A stretch of DNA of 64,000 nt, from IMG/VR virus record IMGVR_UViG_3300025018_002598, positions 1 through 64,000 of that record. One strand, written 5' to 3'. The translations under genes were made by a program, and so were the position numbers. Positions 19,790-29,791 of this stretch are shown here, one piece after another; within the stretch, counting starts at the first letter, position 1; each line of letters opens with the position of its first letter. The notes under the pieces are model-generated. The model was not told where the DNA came from. It saw only the letters and a list, made by a program, of their open reading frames with translations, and searched no databases. This stretch comes from a virus (Duplodnaviria; Caudoviricetes).

Positions 19790-19996
19790 ATGAGCACATT
19801 TAAAAAACTTTCTGAGCTTTCTCCAGAAGACAGACGTAAAGTAAAAAATTATTGGTCTGATCTTTGGGGATCAGAATTTTCCAGCGCAGCAGTTGAAGAT
19901 TATGATACAGACGCCAAGACAAAACCTGTTAAGGCTAAATCTGATTCTAAATCCGTAACTGCGAAAAAGGAAAAAATTGAAGAGATTAAATTTTAA
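19790..19996 (+). CDS. Small hypothetical protein (LSPEDRRKVKNYW module)
   Basis: GGGAGG SD; module shared with ORF 6256. Confidence 0.8.
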   Translation: MSTFKKLSELSPEDRRKVKNYWSDLWGSEFSSAAVEDYDTDAKTKPVKAKSDSKSVTAKKEKIEEIKF

Positions 19997-20013
19997 CGGG
20001 ATAGGCAGACATA

Positions 20014-23000
20014 ATGTTTCTTAAGTATGCCAAATTACAAATTCTAAATGTAGCATCTTTTAATAAAGATTTTGAAAAAAAGTCTTCTATGGAAGATGTA
20101 GTCCTTTATAGCCCAAAGACAGCATTTATTAAACATGATATTTCAGAAAATCTTATCATGGCTAAAAATGCTTTGGACATCGTTTCGGAATTAGAACAAA
20201 GAGATCCTGAAGAATGGATCGTTTTCAGGTCTAGGGCCATTGACGCTGGTGGTTCTGAAGAGACTGGTGAAATATGGCATGGAGCCAATGATAACGGTGA
20301 TTTCTTCTCAGAAGAAGAATTACTTAAATCTTACAGCTCCACTGAAGACGGTAAAGAAATTAAATCATTTGAAACTTTCATTAATTGTCCTATTTTTACT
20401 AACCATCAAAATACTGATATAGAAAAAGCTCGTGGAAAAGTAATTAATGCTTTTTACGACAAAGACAATCATTGCGTTTATACTGACGCCTTGGTTGATG
20501 CCAAAGCTTATCCAGAATTAGCTCGTGGAATTAGAGAAGGATATATATCCGACGTTTCTATGGGTGCTTCTGTTAAATTTAGCGATTGTTCAATTTGTAA
20601 TCACAGAGCAACAAATGAAAAAGAATATTGTGTTGTTCCTGGTACCTATATTGAAACGGAAAACCATACAATTAAACCAATTGAAGATATTGAAATTGGT
20701 GACAAAGTATTAACGCAAGATGGCACTTATCAATCGGTTTTAGATATACATGAAAGAGAAATAGAAGATGAAATATTTGAAATTTATGCTTCTGGAAATA
20801 ATGTTCCATTAGAAATAACTGGAAATCATGAAGTTTTAACTATACCAAAAATGTCATATAGAATGACTTTTGAACAATATATTCAAAGAAATGATTTAAA
20901 GCCTGTATATAAAAGAACTGATGAGTTAAATATTGGTGATTTTGTTCTTTATCCAAAAGAGAATCTTCGAAAATCTGAAAATCCTTTAAAATCTTTAAGA
21001 TTTGCTAGGCTTCTAGGCTTATTTATTTCAGAAGGTAATCTTTTTAGAAATAAAAAAGGAGAGATTAACGCTTTAGAATTTCATTTATCTTTAGAAGAGA
21101 AAGATCTTCTTGAAGATTTATTGAATCTAATAAAAGAATTTGCGGTAAGAGAAGCTAAAGTTTATAAAAAAACTTCAACTTATCACATAAGAATATGGGA
21201 TAAAGATCTAGCCGAAAAGGTTGTTTCGTTATGTGGACATGGGGCAAGGACCAAATCTCTTTCAAAAGAAATAATTAATGCTTCTGGTGAATTTAAAATA
21301 AATTTATTAGGCGGAATAATAGATGGTGATGGCTGGGTAGATCCAAAAGACTATAGAAGCGTAATTGTCACGTCTTCCGACAATTTGTCTTATCAAATTA
21401 AAAAAATATCACAAGATCTTGGCTTTTCATGCTCTATTTACAAGACTTTAAATACTCAAAATGAAACTGTAAAATACTCCAGTGGAGAACCAAACACAAT
21501 AAATCATGTAAGATTTGGGTCTCATGCAACGTCAATAATAAAACAAGGAAAATGTAAAAAACTTGAGAAATTAAATTGTCAAGAATTTGAAAAGGCAACA
21601 TCGAGTTGGATTTTTGACAATTATCATGTTTCAAAAATTAGAAAAATATCTAAAAAATATTATTCTGGAACTGTTATGAATTTAGCCGTAGAAAACAATG
21701 AAAATTATATAGCGAATGGAATGATTGTTCATAACTGTTCACATGTAAAAAATCACAAAGGCAAGAAGTTGGGCGGAAAAGAAGTCTATGAAATAAATCA
21801 TGGAATTAAATTCATAGAATTGTCTGCTGTTACAGATGGTGCTTGTGATAATTGTACTATTCAAAATTCATACACTGGTATGGAATTCTTAGATAAATTA
21901 AAAAATATGATTTCGGCAAGTCATTCAAATGCAGTCGCCTTGAAAAAAGTTGCAATGTTCAAGGGTTCTGCTGGTGATGATATTGATAAGTTGAATAAGT
22001 CCTTAGATTTGCTCAAGGGAGTTGCCGAGACAATCCTCAATTCAAAAGATGTTGATTTTGAATTCTTGGAAGATATTGGTCAACTCTTAGCTGAACTCCA
22101 AAGTTTGATTGTTGATTTAGTTGAAGCGGGATTTGCGAATCAAAACCCTGCTGGCGAAACACAAGGGGAAGGCACTCAACAACAAGCTGCTGATGCACTC
22201 ACTGGTGGAGAAGAAGTTCCTGCCAATCAAGGTGCTCCACCTACCGGAGACAATCAGTCTCAGGGATTGATGAGTCCTACCTCCCCTGTTTCATTAGGTG
22301 GGAAGGAACAAAATATAAAAACTGCGAATTTATTAGAAGGTTTAAAAACCCAAGTTCCAGAAATAAAGAAAATACTTGCTTCAATTAACAACTTAAAAAA
22401 CCAAATAACTTTTGACGGAGATGAAGAAATGGCAACCAGCAAGAACATTAAAAGAAAACTAGCTTCTAACAGAATTAGTGAGAAGTTCTCTGAAATCTTA
22501 GAGAGTCAGGTTTCAAATAATGAACCTGCAATTATTAGTGACGGCCCCTATTCTGTTAAAATTGATTTTAACAAAGGAATTCAGGGGTTTGTTGGCAATA
22601 ATAGAGTGATCGCTATGACTGTTGAAGAAGTTGGCGATGATCTTCTTGGTTTAGCCAAAGTAAATCCTTCCGTAATTGGTGGAAGATTGATTGAAAAGCT
22701 TGCTTCCAAATACGATGAAAATGGAGAGGTAAAAATGAGCAAACAAGCAAAAGATTTAAATATTAAGGAGGCTTTTATTGAGAATCCTCCTCCAGTTGAG
22801 CAAGTTCAGGAAGGTCAGTTAGAAGATCTATCTGGTAATTTCGACAGAAAGAACCATCCTGAATTAGCCGAAGGACAAATCGGTGCTACAACTCAAAAGC
22901 AATTAGAAAATGTTCCAAAGTCTAAAGAGACTGGAAAGGGTGACTGGAATAGAGTTCGTCCTGAAGGAACAAAAGAAGATCGTTATGTTCAAGAAATTGA

Positions 23001-26000
23001 ACTAGATCGTCAACGTCCTACTGATTATGGTTCCGAAAGAGCTTCTTCTGGAGCGGCTAAGGCAGAAGGACAGCACTCAGGTACTCAAGAGAGTCAGTTA
23101 CAAATGTCTCTCAACTATGGTTCTGAGAGATGGATTGACGACGCAGCTCCTTGTGATTATTTACCTACTACTGAAGGTCAGTTTTCTGGTAAGGACCGCA
23201 AAGGAAAGGCTGTTGATGAAGTTTACGAAGGTCAACTTACTGGACATAGACAAGGAAATGATTCTGAAGTTTCTTCAGAATCATTTCCTCACACAGCAAG
23301 TGTAGAAGATTATATTGCTGGTAAAGTTGTTACAGCAATTAAGAATGGTCTTACTAACCTTGTAATGGAACATGGTATATCTCCAAAAACAATTGTGAAT
23401 TCAAAAATTGATTCCAAGAAAATTGCTTCTGGAAATAGAAATAAAATTTTAAAGAAAGCACAACTTGCACAGGTTGATGTTCAGAATCTTGCAGAAAATG
23501 AAATTATAGACCAAATTGGTCCTAACATGGATTTGGCAGAAGATTATTTAGATGATGCAATTGTTGTATTGTTTGAAGATCCTGCCGAACTTGAAGCGGA
23601 ACTTAGAAATTATACAAAAGAAAGACTTGCTAAGATTCAAGAAGTTTCTGATAAAGAAGATTCTGATGAAACTGTAGAGTCTAAGAGAAGAAAAGCTCTT
23701 AAAGAAAAGGCTTTCAAGAGAAACGCAAATCGTGTCTCTATGCCTGTTGATGCTCAGAAATTAACAGAACTTTTCCCAGGAGTAAGTGACTTCACTGGTC
23801 TTGATGCTAAATTAGTTAAGCAGAAATTCCTTCAGTCTCAACCTGGTGCAAAACTTCTTGATTTCCGTAAAGTTGACGGTGGATTTGTTGCTGAAGTAGA
23901 ACTTCCAGAACAGTCTGGTGAAGAAAGTGGAAATTCCATTAATTCAAATGGTGTTCCATCTCCTTCAATTCCTTCCAACAATGCTCCTTCTCACGATTCT
24001 CAATCTGCTCAGTCTGCTCAGTCCGATCAGTCTGTAGAATCAACAGTCGAAGTTGCTGCCGAAACAGTTGATAAACTTAAAGCTTTTGCAAAGCAGAAGA
24101 AAGAAGCACAGTCTCCTGCTGGAACAACAATGCCTCCTCCTCAAGGTGGTGCCGCTGGTGGTGGCGCTGCTGGAGACCCAATGGGTGGCGGTGGTGCTCA
24201 AGATTTATTTGGGAACACTCCTGAAGGCGCTGGCGATGTCATTGATGAAACAGAGGATGATATGGAAGATGAAGTTGGAGAAGCTAAACCATTTGGTTCT
24301 TTCAACCCATTTACCGGAAATGAAAACGTAGATGTTGTAGATGGACACTATAGAGATTCTGATACAGGTCTTGAATGGGAAGTTCAGATGAACATCAATG
24401 TTCTTAATCCAGAAAAAATTGATGATATTCAGTTTAAAGAAAATACAGATGCCGACTCAGAACTTACTGAAGGCGAAGATATTAATGAAGAAATTGCTGG
24501 TCAGCCTAACGCTGCTCCAATGGGAGCACCTGCTGGTGGTGGCGCTGCTGCCGATCCAATGGGAATGGGTGCAGGTCCAATGGCGTCATATCCTGGCTGG
24601 GTAAAAGATGCTCCATTGAAACTTGCAATGAAAGCTTCTCCAGAATATTTCTTGAATGAAAAAATGAAAAGTGATCTTAATATCAAGACAGCCTCTAAGC
24701 CAGTCGGTTCTATCTGTCCTCAGTGTGCTTCACACAAAGTGGCTTTCAGAAACTCCGAAGGTAATTGTGCTTCTTGCGGATGTAAGACATATGTTACTGC
24801 TAAAAAGAATAAGGCTGGAAGTCTTGATGTAGATCTTTATATGCTTCCAAACCTTAAGAGAGCGGAAAAAGAAAACCGTTTTGGTGGACACGCAGTTACT
24901 GCGAATGTTGAAAACAAAGAAGTTGTAGAAAAAGCAATTCATCAGATTTTATCTGATAGAAGAGCTTTAGTAAAAGCAGCTTCTATATTAGAAAAAGATC
25001 CAATGCTTGCATGTATCAGCGAACAGTCTGTTCGTGGATTCGACTCAGAAGATTCGATTCAGATTTGTGCTTCCATTAAATCATATCTCACAAAACAAGC
25101 TCAATTTGAAGAAGAGGATGACGAAGAAGATGATAATTCAGAAGAAACTTCATCTCCAACAGTACATGATTCTGACTCAGAAGTAACTGATAGTGTTGAG
25201 TTTGAAGATGAAATTGATGAAAGTGGAGATTCCGAAGGTCTTGAAGAAGTTGAAGAAGAGTCAGATACAGTTGAAGATACTGACGATTCCGATCTTGAAG
25301 AAGTATTTGAAGATGAGTCTGGTGAAGAAGGTGACGACTTTAGTTTAAATCTTCAGTTCACTGATTCTGATGGTAAGTCTGGCAGCATTAACATTACAGA
25401 AGATGGTGTTGATGTAAACGGAGATGTTTTTGAAGGTGCGGAATCTACTGATGATTTCGGTTCAGACATCGCAGAAGACGGCGAAGAAATGTTTGAAGAC
25501 GAAATGGGTGAAGAAGCTCCTGAAGAAATTGAAATTACAGAAATCGTTGAAACAGAAGATGACGATCCATCTTCCTTGGACGGACTATTCTCTTCCTCTG
25601 TAGATAAACTCGATAGAGAAACAGAAGAATCCGAAGGTCCAAGTGAAGAATCTGAAGATGAATTTGACGTAATGGCAAATTCACTTAACACTTCTGAACT
25701 TCTTAGAGGTTCAAGAGTAGCTTCTTCAAATAGAAGCGGTGGTTCTTCTCTAGACCTTGGCTTCTTGAAAGCAGCTCTTCAGTCAGTTCCAACTGATACT
25801 GGAGCGGACGTTCCTAGAAGTGAAGAGCATGGTGTTCGTGACGAAGGTGGAAATGTTCATACAACTAAAAATGAAAATTCCGCAAAAAAAAGAAATTCTA
25901 TTGCCGACACTTCTTTTAATGAAAAGGGAGTAGCTAATGGATCAGACAGAGGAGTTGAACAAATCAAACCTCAAACTGGAAAACATGCTGGATCTGCTGA

Positions 26001-26697
26001 CGATTTTATTGTGACAGCGGGTGAAGACAATAAAGAAAAAGGCAAAAGAAAAGATGTTTGCCCAGACGACTTCGCTGATAAGCAATGTCCAGGAAAGGGT
26101 AAAGATAAATCAAACAAGCCTTACAAGGGTGGTGAGAAAGTAGAATCTTGTAATGCTGGTTCAGAAAAGAAGAAGGTTCAAGCTCAAACAGCACCTACTC
26201 AGCAATTAGAGCCAGTTGACGCAATTGAAGAAGGAAAAGAAGAGTCTAATGGAGAGAAGTTTGACATTCCAAGAGATAAATCTAAATCAAATCCTGAAAT
26301 CAATGTAAAGCGTAAAGATGTTACTAGCCCTACAAAGGTAAGAAATAGTGATTATGGCTTTGGTCAGAAAGCTAAAGATCTTCATACAGAAGTAGTTCCT
26401 AGAGACTCCTCTGGTGATGGACTTGGCGGACCTTCTACTACATTTGAAGATGAAGTAGCAGAGAATAGAACTTCTGGAAGTCCTGATACATATGTTCAGG
26501 AATATCAAAAGCAGAATCAGATCAAGCCAACTCCAGCAGGTAATGCAGAAAATCACGCCACAGCATCTAAAGAAGTTTGTATTAAGATAGCAAAAGCAAA
26601 TGACTTAAATGCTAATAGATTAGAAGCAATTAACTTTGGTTCATTCTATGTTGTTCGTGACCTAGATTCTGGAAGAACATTTAAATATTCAGAATAA
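20014..26697 (+). CDS. Giant prohead (maturation) protease with intein and long acidic scaffold-like tail
   Basis: Protease-like motifs ANDNGDFF, FTNHQN (His), RGKVINA, DVSMGA (Ser), FIELSAV; split Zn motif CSIC...C-H; located between portal and MCP. Confidence 0.85.
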   Translation: MFLKYAKLQILNVASFNKDFEKKSSMEDVVLYSPKTAFIKHDISENLIMAKNALDIVSELEQRDPEEWIVFRSRAIDAGGSEETGEIWHGANDNGDFFSEEELLKSYSSTEDGKEIKSFETFINCPIFTNHQNTDIEKARGKVINAFYDKDNHCVYTDALVDAKAYPELARGIREGYISDVSMGASVKFSDCSICNHRATNEKEYCVVPGTYIETENHTIKPIEDIEIGDKVLTQDGTYQSVLDIHEREIEDEIFEIYASGNNVPLEITGNHEVLTIPKMSYRMTFEQYIQRNDLKPVYKRTDELNIGDFVLYPKENLRKSENPLKSLRFARLLGLFISEGNLFRNKKGEINALEFHLSLEEKDLLEDLLNLIKEFAVREAKVYKKTSTYHIRIWDKDLAEKVVSLCGHGARTKSLSKEIINASGEFKINLLGGIIDGDGWVDPKDYRSVIVTSSDNLSYQIKKISQDLGFSCSIYKTLNTQNETVKYSSGEPNTINHVRFGSHATSIIKQGKCKKLEKLNCQEFEKATSSWIFDNYHVSKIRKISKKYYSGTVMNLAVENNENYIANGMIVHNCSHVKNHKGKKLGGKEVYEINHGIKFIELSAVTDGACDNCTIQNSYTGMEFLDKLKNMISASHSNAVALKKVAMFKGSAGDDIDKLNKSLDLLKGVAETILNSKDVDFEFLEDIGQLLAELQSLIVDLVEAGFANQNPAGETQGEGTQQQAADALTGGEEVPANQGAPPTGDNQSQGLMSPTSPVSLGGKEQNIKTANLLEGLKTQVPEIKKILASINNLKNQITFDGDEEMATSKNIKRKLASNRISEKFSEILESQVSNNEPAIISDGPYSVKIDFNKGIQGFVGNNRVIAMTVEEVGDDLLGLAKVNPSVIGGRLIEKLASKYDENGEVKMSKQAKDLNIKEAFIENPPPVEQVQEGQLEDLSGNFDRKNHPELAEGQIGATTQKQLENVPKSKETGKGDWNRVRPEGTKEDRYVQEIELDRQRPTDYGSERASSGAAKAEGQHSGTQESQLQMSLNYGSERWIDDAAPCDYLPTTEGQFSGKDRKGKAVDEVYEGQLTGHRQGNDSEVSSESFPHTASVEDYIAGKVVTAIKNGLTNLVMEHGISPKTIVNSKIDSKKIASGNRNKILKKAQLAQVDVQNLAENEIIDQIGPNMDLAEDYLDDAIVVLFEDPAELEAELRNYTKERLAKIQEVSDKEDSDETVESKRRKALKEKAFKRNANRVSMPVDAQKLTELFPGVSDFTGLDAKLVKQKFLQSQPGAKLLDFRKVDGGFVAEVELPEQSGEESGNSINSNGVPSPSIPSNNAPSHDSQSAQSAQSDQSVESTVEVAAETVDKLKAFAKQKKEAQSPAGTTMPPPQGGAAGGGAAGDPMGGGGAQDLFGNTPEGAGDVIDETEDDMEDEVGEAKPFGSFNPFTGNENVDVVDGHYRDSDTGLEWEVQMNINVLNPEKIDDIQFKENTDADSELTEGEDINEEIAGQPNAAPMGAPAGGGAAADPMGMGAGPMASYPGWVKDAPLKLAMKASPEYFLNEKMKSDLNIKTASKPVGSICPQCASHKVAFRNSEGNCASCGCKTYVTAKKNKAGSLDVDLYMLPNLKRAEKENRFGGHAVTANVENKEVVEKAIHQILSDRRALVKAASILEKDPMLACISEQSVRGFDSEDSIQICASIKSYLTKQAQFEEEDDEEDDNSEETSSPTVHDSDSEVTDSVEFEDEIDESGDSEGLEEVEEESDTVEDTDDSDLEEVFEDESGEEGDDFSLNLQFTDSDGKSGSINITEDGVDVNGDVFEGAESTDDFGSDIAEDGEEMFEDEMGEEAPEEIEITEIVETEDDDPSSLDGLFSSSVDKLDRETEESEGPSEESEDEFDVMANSLNTSELLRGSRVASSNRSGGSSLDLGFLKAALQSVPTDTGADVPRSEEHGVRDEGGNVHTTKNENSAKKRNSIADTSFNEKGVANGSDRGVEQIKPQTGKHAGSADDFIVTAGEDNKEKGKRKDVCPDDFADKQCPGKGKDKSNKPYKGGEKVESCNAGSEKKKVQAQTAPTQQLEPVDAIEEGKEESNGEKFDIPRDKSKSNPEINVKRKDVTSPTKVRNSDYGFGQKAKDLHTEVVPRDSSGDGLGGPSTTFEDEVAENRTSGSPDTYVQEYQKQNQIKPTPAGNAENHATASKEVCIKIAKANDLNANRLEAINFGSFYVVRDLDSGRTFKYSE
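20629..21735 (+). mobile_element. Intein 3 in prohead protease (369 aa, canonical, LAGLIDADG)
   Basis: Y|CVVPGTYIET start; ITGNH block B; LLGLFISEG and LGGIIDGDG boxes; ends NYIANGMIVHN|C. Confidence 0.92.
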
Positions 26698-26706
26698 TTT
26701 AACCGG

Positions 26707-26742
26707 AGAGAGTGGGAATTAATTTTTCCACTCTCTTTCTTA
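26707..26742 (+). terminator. Intrinsic terminator after protease gene
   Basis: AGAGAGTGGGA / TTCCACTCTCT 11-bp stem followed by TTCTTA, 10 nt after the stop. Confidence 0.7.
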
Positions 26743-26764
26743 TGAAAAAAAAGTAAAAAAAAAG

Positions 26765-26804
26765 AAGGAAAAAAAATTCAAAGCTTTGAATAGAACAATA
26801 TAAT
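26765..26804 (+). promoter_or_regulatory. Candidate phage late promoter (AAGGA ... TGAATAGAACAATATAAT)
   Basis: A similar bipartite pattern lies upstream of ORFs 2040, 38163 and 38922 and, on the - strand, upstream of the genes starting at 55425 and 38022. Confidence 0.4.
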
Positions 26805-26852
26805 GATTATTCGTGCTTTAATTTACAGTAAATATCAGGTCGCTCAAGGCAA

Positions 26853-28172
26853 ATGAGGAGTATAGGAATGAATAAAACACAATTATTTTCAGATGGAACC
26901 TTTATCACAGCTTCCGATTCTGGTGAAATAAAAAAGGCTACAAAGAATGAAGTCGTAGCATTTTTATCTTCACAGTTTCCGGCATCAAAAAGTGGTGCTG
27001 AGTTAGAGGGTGTGAGATTCGACAGTGAGTCTGGTTATGCATATGCAAGATATGCAAATCAAAAAGTTTTCAAGAAGAGAATAGCTCAATCGGCTCCAGT
27101 AAATCAAAGTGAGCCTGTTGATTCTTGCGACAGAACTCAGGAACATGGTGGAAAGAGTGAAAAATTCGACACACCAAGAAATGAGTCTAAATCAAAGCCA
27201 GAAAAGTCTGACAGAAAGGATGTTGATAATCCTACAAAAATTAGAAATAAGAATTATGAACCTGGAAAAGATAATGTTCATACTGATGAGGTTCCTTGCA
27301 GTAAGAGCAATTCGGGTCTAAAGGGCAGTAAGGGAACTACTTTTGATGAAGAGAAGTCTCATACTCAAAAAAGTGGAAACCCAGATTCATATGTTCAAGA
27401 TTTTTCCTCTTCAGAAAAGCCAACTCCAGCAGGTAAAGAAGGAAACCACGCAGTAGCTAATACAGAAGGTGTTCAAATTAAAAGTTCGTCAGATATGTAT
27501 GGTTATGAATCTGTAATGGGTGGCAAAGACGAAGATAAAGAAGGCAAAGGCTTTCCTTTCTTCGGAAAAGGGGACGATGAAGATAAAGAAGACAAAGAAG
27601 ATAAAGAAGACAAAGAAGATAAAACAGAAAAAGGCGCAGACAAAACCGAGAAATCTTCCAAAGATGATAAAAAGGAAGAAGGCGAGAAAAAAGAAAGTAA
27701 GGCGGAAAGCCAACTTAGTATAAAGGTATCTGAACTTCAAGGCAACCTATCTAAGTTAAGTAAAGAACTAGACAAAGGACGTATTCGTGAAGCCCGTCGC
27801 AATGCAGCCGTCAAGCTAGTCTTGGCAAAGCGAGACAGAAATCCAGAGAAGTTCCTTGATGGGGAAGTTTTCTTGGAAGAAGTTAACAAGATCGCAAAGA
27901 AAATGAGTGTAGAAGCAATCGAAACAGCAATTGAAGAAATCGGTATTATTAGATTACAAGAAGTAGAAAATTCGAAAGCGATCAAAGAAGCTGCTGCTGA
28001 ACTAAAAGCAGAACCAAACAGAGCAGGCTTAATGCAAAGCCTTGTTGTCCCACAGGACAATTATAAATTTGCAAGCAAGTCAAATGAATCAAATCTATCA
28101 GAAGTTCTGATGGCACATACCAAATTTGGTAAAGATGTAGAAAAAATGAGAAAGTACCATGAGGAAAATTAA
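26853..28172 (+). CDS. Capsid scaffolding-like protein
   Basis: Between protease and MCP; EDK repeats, C-terminal coiled coil, terminal LSEVLMAHTKF; N-terminal module paralogous to the protease tail. Confidence 0.65.
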   Translation: MRSIGMNKTQLFSDGTFITASDSGEIKKATKNEVVAFLSSQFPASKSGAELEGVRFDSESGYAYARYANQKVFKKRIAQSAPVNQSEPVDSCDRTQEHGGKSEKFDTPRNESKSKPEKSDRKDVDNPTKIRNKNYEPGKDNVHTDEVPCSKSNSGLKGSKGTTFDEEKSHTQKSGNPDSYVQDFSSSEKPTPAGKEGNHAVANTEGVQIKSSSDMYGYESVMGGKDEDKEGKGFPFFGKGDDEDKEDKEDKEDKEDKTEKGADKTEKSSKDDKKEEGEKKESKAESQLSIKVSELQGNLSKLSKELDKGRIREARRNAAVKLVLAKRDRNPEKFLDGEVFLEEVNKIAKKMSVEAIETAIEEIGIIRLQEVENSKAIKEAAAELKAEPNRAGLMQSLVVPQDNYKFASKSNESNLSEVLMAHTKFGKDVEKMRKYHEEN

Positions 28173-28205
28173 AATGTTTCTCGCTAAATTCGGAGGAAAA
28201 AAATT

Positions 28206-28823
28206 ATGTTAATTCCTATTTTTCGTGTAATAGCATCTCAGTTCCCAGTAGATACACTTACTGGCAATGTTGAGATGGGAATGGCTGTGGGTCTAGTAGA
28301 AAATTCTGCTGGAAACGTAGTTATTCGTAAGTCCGACGACAACGCTGCTGCGAATACAGCTCAAAACGTCGTTGGAATCGCAGGTGACAGAAAGCGTGCT
28401 TCTGAAGCCTATGAGTGGACCAATCGTGTCTCTGACATGGGTGATGATACTTCTGCCAGCGGTCTTATGACTGTTTATCATGGCGGTGGTGAATTCTGGT
28501 TCGACGTTGATGATGGTAACATCACAACTCCACTAAATGAGTCTACAATTCGTGGACCTATTTCCAGTGCGGCAACAATTACAGTTGGTGGATATCTTTA
28601 TGTAGCTGACTCTTCTCAATCAAATGAGGAATCTGGTCAGTTCCATAACTCTGAAAGTACAGCAATCGTTCGCTCCGGCGAAGGTGTTCCTGTCCTTCAG
28701 GTTGTTTCTAAGGCATCCAGCATTGAATCCGGTATTCCAGGTGAATACGAACCAGGTTCTAGCGTGAACTACCCTGATCCATCCGTTCCTAGAACATGGG
28801 TTAGAGCAAGAGTTCTAGTCTAA
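28206..28823 (+). CDS. Head decoration / minor capsid protein (putative)
   Basis: GGAGG SD; immediately upstream of MCP; beta-rich (MGMAVGL, VVGIAGD, GLMTVY). Confidence 0.55.
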   Translation: MLIPIFRVIASQFPVDTLTGNVEMGMAVGLVENSAGNVVIRKSDDNAAANTAQNVVGIAGDRKRASEAYEWTNRVSDMGDDTSASGLMTVYHGGGEFWFDVDDGNITTPLNESTIRGPISSAATITVGGYLYVADSSQSNEESGQFHNSESTAIVRSGEGVPVLQVVSKASSIESGIPGEYEPGSSVNYPDPSVPRTWVRARVLV

Positions 28824-28864
28824 TAGCTTGTGTATAGCAAATTCTTATATAGGGAGACACTAAA

Positions 28865-29731
28865 ATGAGTTTAATCAAGAATACAGCTAATGATGCAGAA
28901 AAAGAGTTGCTTATCGCACAGGCTCTTGAAACACCAGAAGGTCGTGTGGCTTTGGCCCAGGCTATGGTGGAGCCTATCAAGCGAGCACTTGAGTATCAAG
29001 CAATCGGTAGAAAGCTTCTAATGGTGGATGAACTTCCACAGGGAGCGTTGGCAAGATACGAGAAGGACGTAGCGTCTACAGCTTATGTTGTTTCAAGACG
29101 TGGTGGCGTCCGTGACCGTATCGTTGAAGGCGAAGAAGTGTTGGTTCCAACATTTGAAATCGCAACAAATCCTCAGATTCGTTTGAGTGAAATTAAAGCA
29201 CGTAGATTTTATATCGTTGACCGTGCGCAGATGAAAGCTAAAGAAGCTATTCAGAAGCAAGAAGATACCGAAATTCTCGGTGATATTAATGCTGCTGTTC
29301 GTTCTGACCAGACTGTAACTCAGTCCGGTGACTTGAGCATCGCTTCTCTTAACTATGCTTTCTCTACAATTGAGTCTCACGACTTAACTGTAGCTAAGAT
29401 CGTTATGCACCCACAGCAGTATGCTGACATCCGTTTGTTCGGACGTGACGTGTTTGACGAAGCAACAAGACGTGACGTACTTATGTCTGGTCTCTTCGGA
29501 CACCTTTGGACATCCGACATTCACGTTTCACACAGAGTACCACCAGGTTCCGTTTACTTACTAGCTCCGGCTGAGTATGTAGGTGCTATTCCAGTAAGAC
29601 AGGACATTACTGTTCTTCCTGCTGACGATCCTAAGAACTTGAGACTTGGATGGGTTATCTTTGAAGAAATCGGTATTGTTGTTATCAACGACTACGCAAT
29701 CGCAAAGATTAATCTCACAGCAACTAGCTAA
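28865..29731 (+). CDS. Major capsid protein (HK97-fold type)
   Basis: Last gene of the portal-protease-scaffold run; codon usage visibly shifted toward C-ending codons; followed by a strong terminator; motifs VPTFEI, IQKQED, GLFGHLW, GAIPVRQD. Confidence 0.88.
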   Translation: MSLIKNTANDAEKELLIAQALETPEGRVALAQAMVEPIKRALEYQAIGRKLLMVDELPQGALARYEKDVASTAYVVSRRGGVRDRIVEGEEVLVPTFEIATNPQIRLSEIKARRFYIVDRAQMKAKEAIQKQEDTEILGDINAAVRSDQTVTQSGDLSIASLNYAFSTIESHDLTVAKIVMHPQQYADIRLFGRDVFDEATRRDVLMSGLFGHLWTSDIHVSHRVPPGSVYLLAPAEYVGAIPVRQDITVLPADDPKNLRLGWVIFEEIGIVVINDYAIAKINLTATS

Positions 29732-29759
29732 TCAGTAGTTGACAACCACAAACCCAATG

Positions 29760-29790
29760 GGGGCGGGCCGAAAGGCTCGCCCCTTTCTTT
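29760..29790 (+). terminator. Intrinsic terminator after MCP
   Basis: GGGGCGGGCC-GAAA-GGCTCGCCCC hairpin followed by TTTCTTT. Confidence 0.9.
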
Positions 29791-29791
29791 A

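Noticed and set aside
27578-27623. EDK x5 and SAQ repeats (also 23998-24033) as functional DNA repeats
   Set aside because: Codons vary within the repeats; these are ordinary low-complexity protein tracts in scaffold regions.
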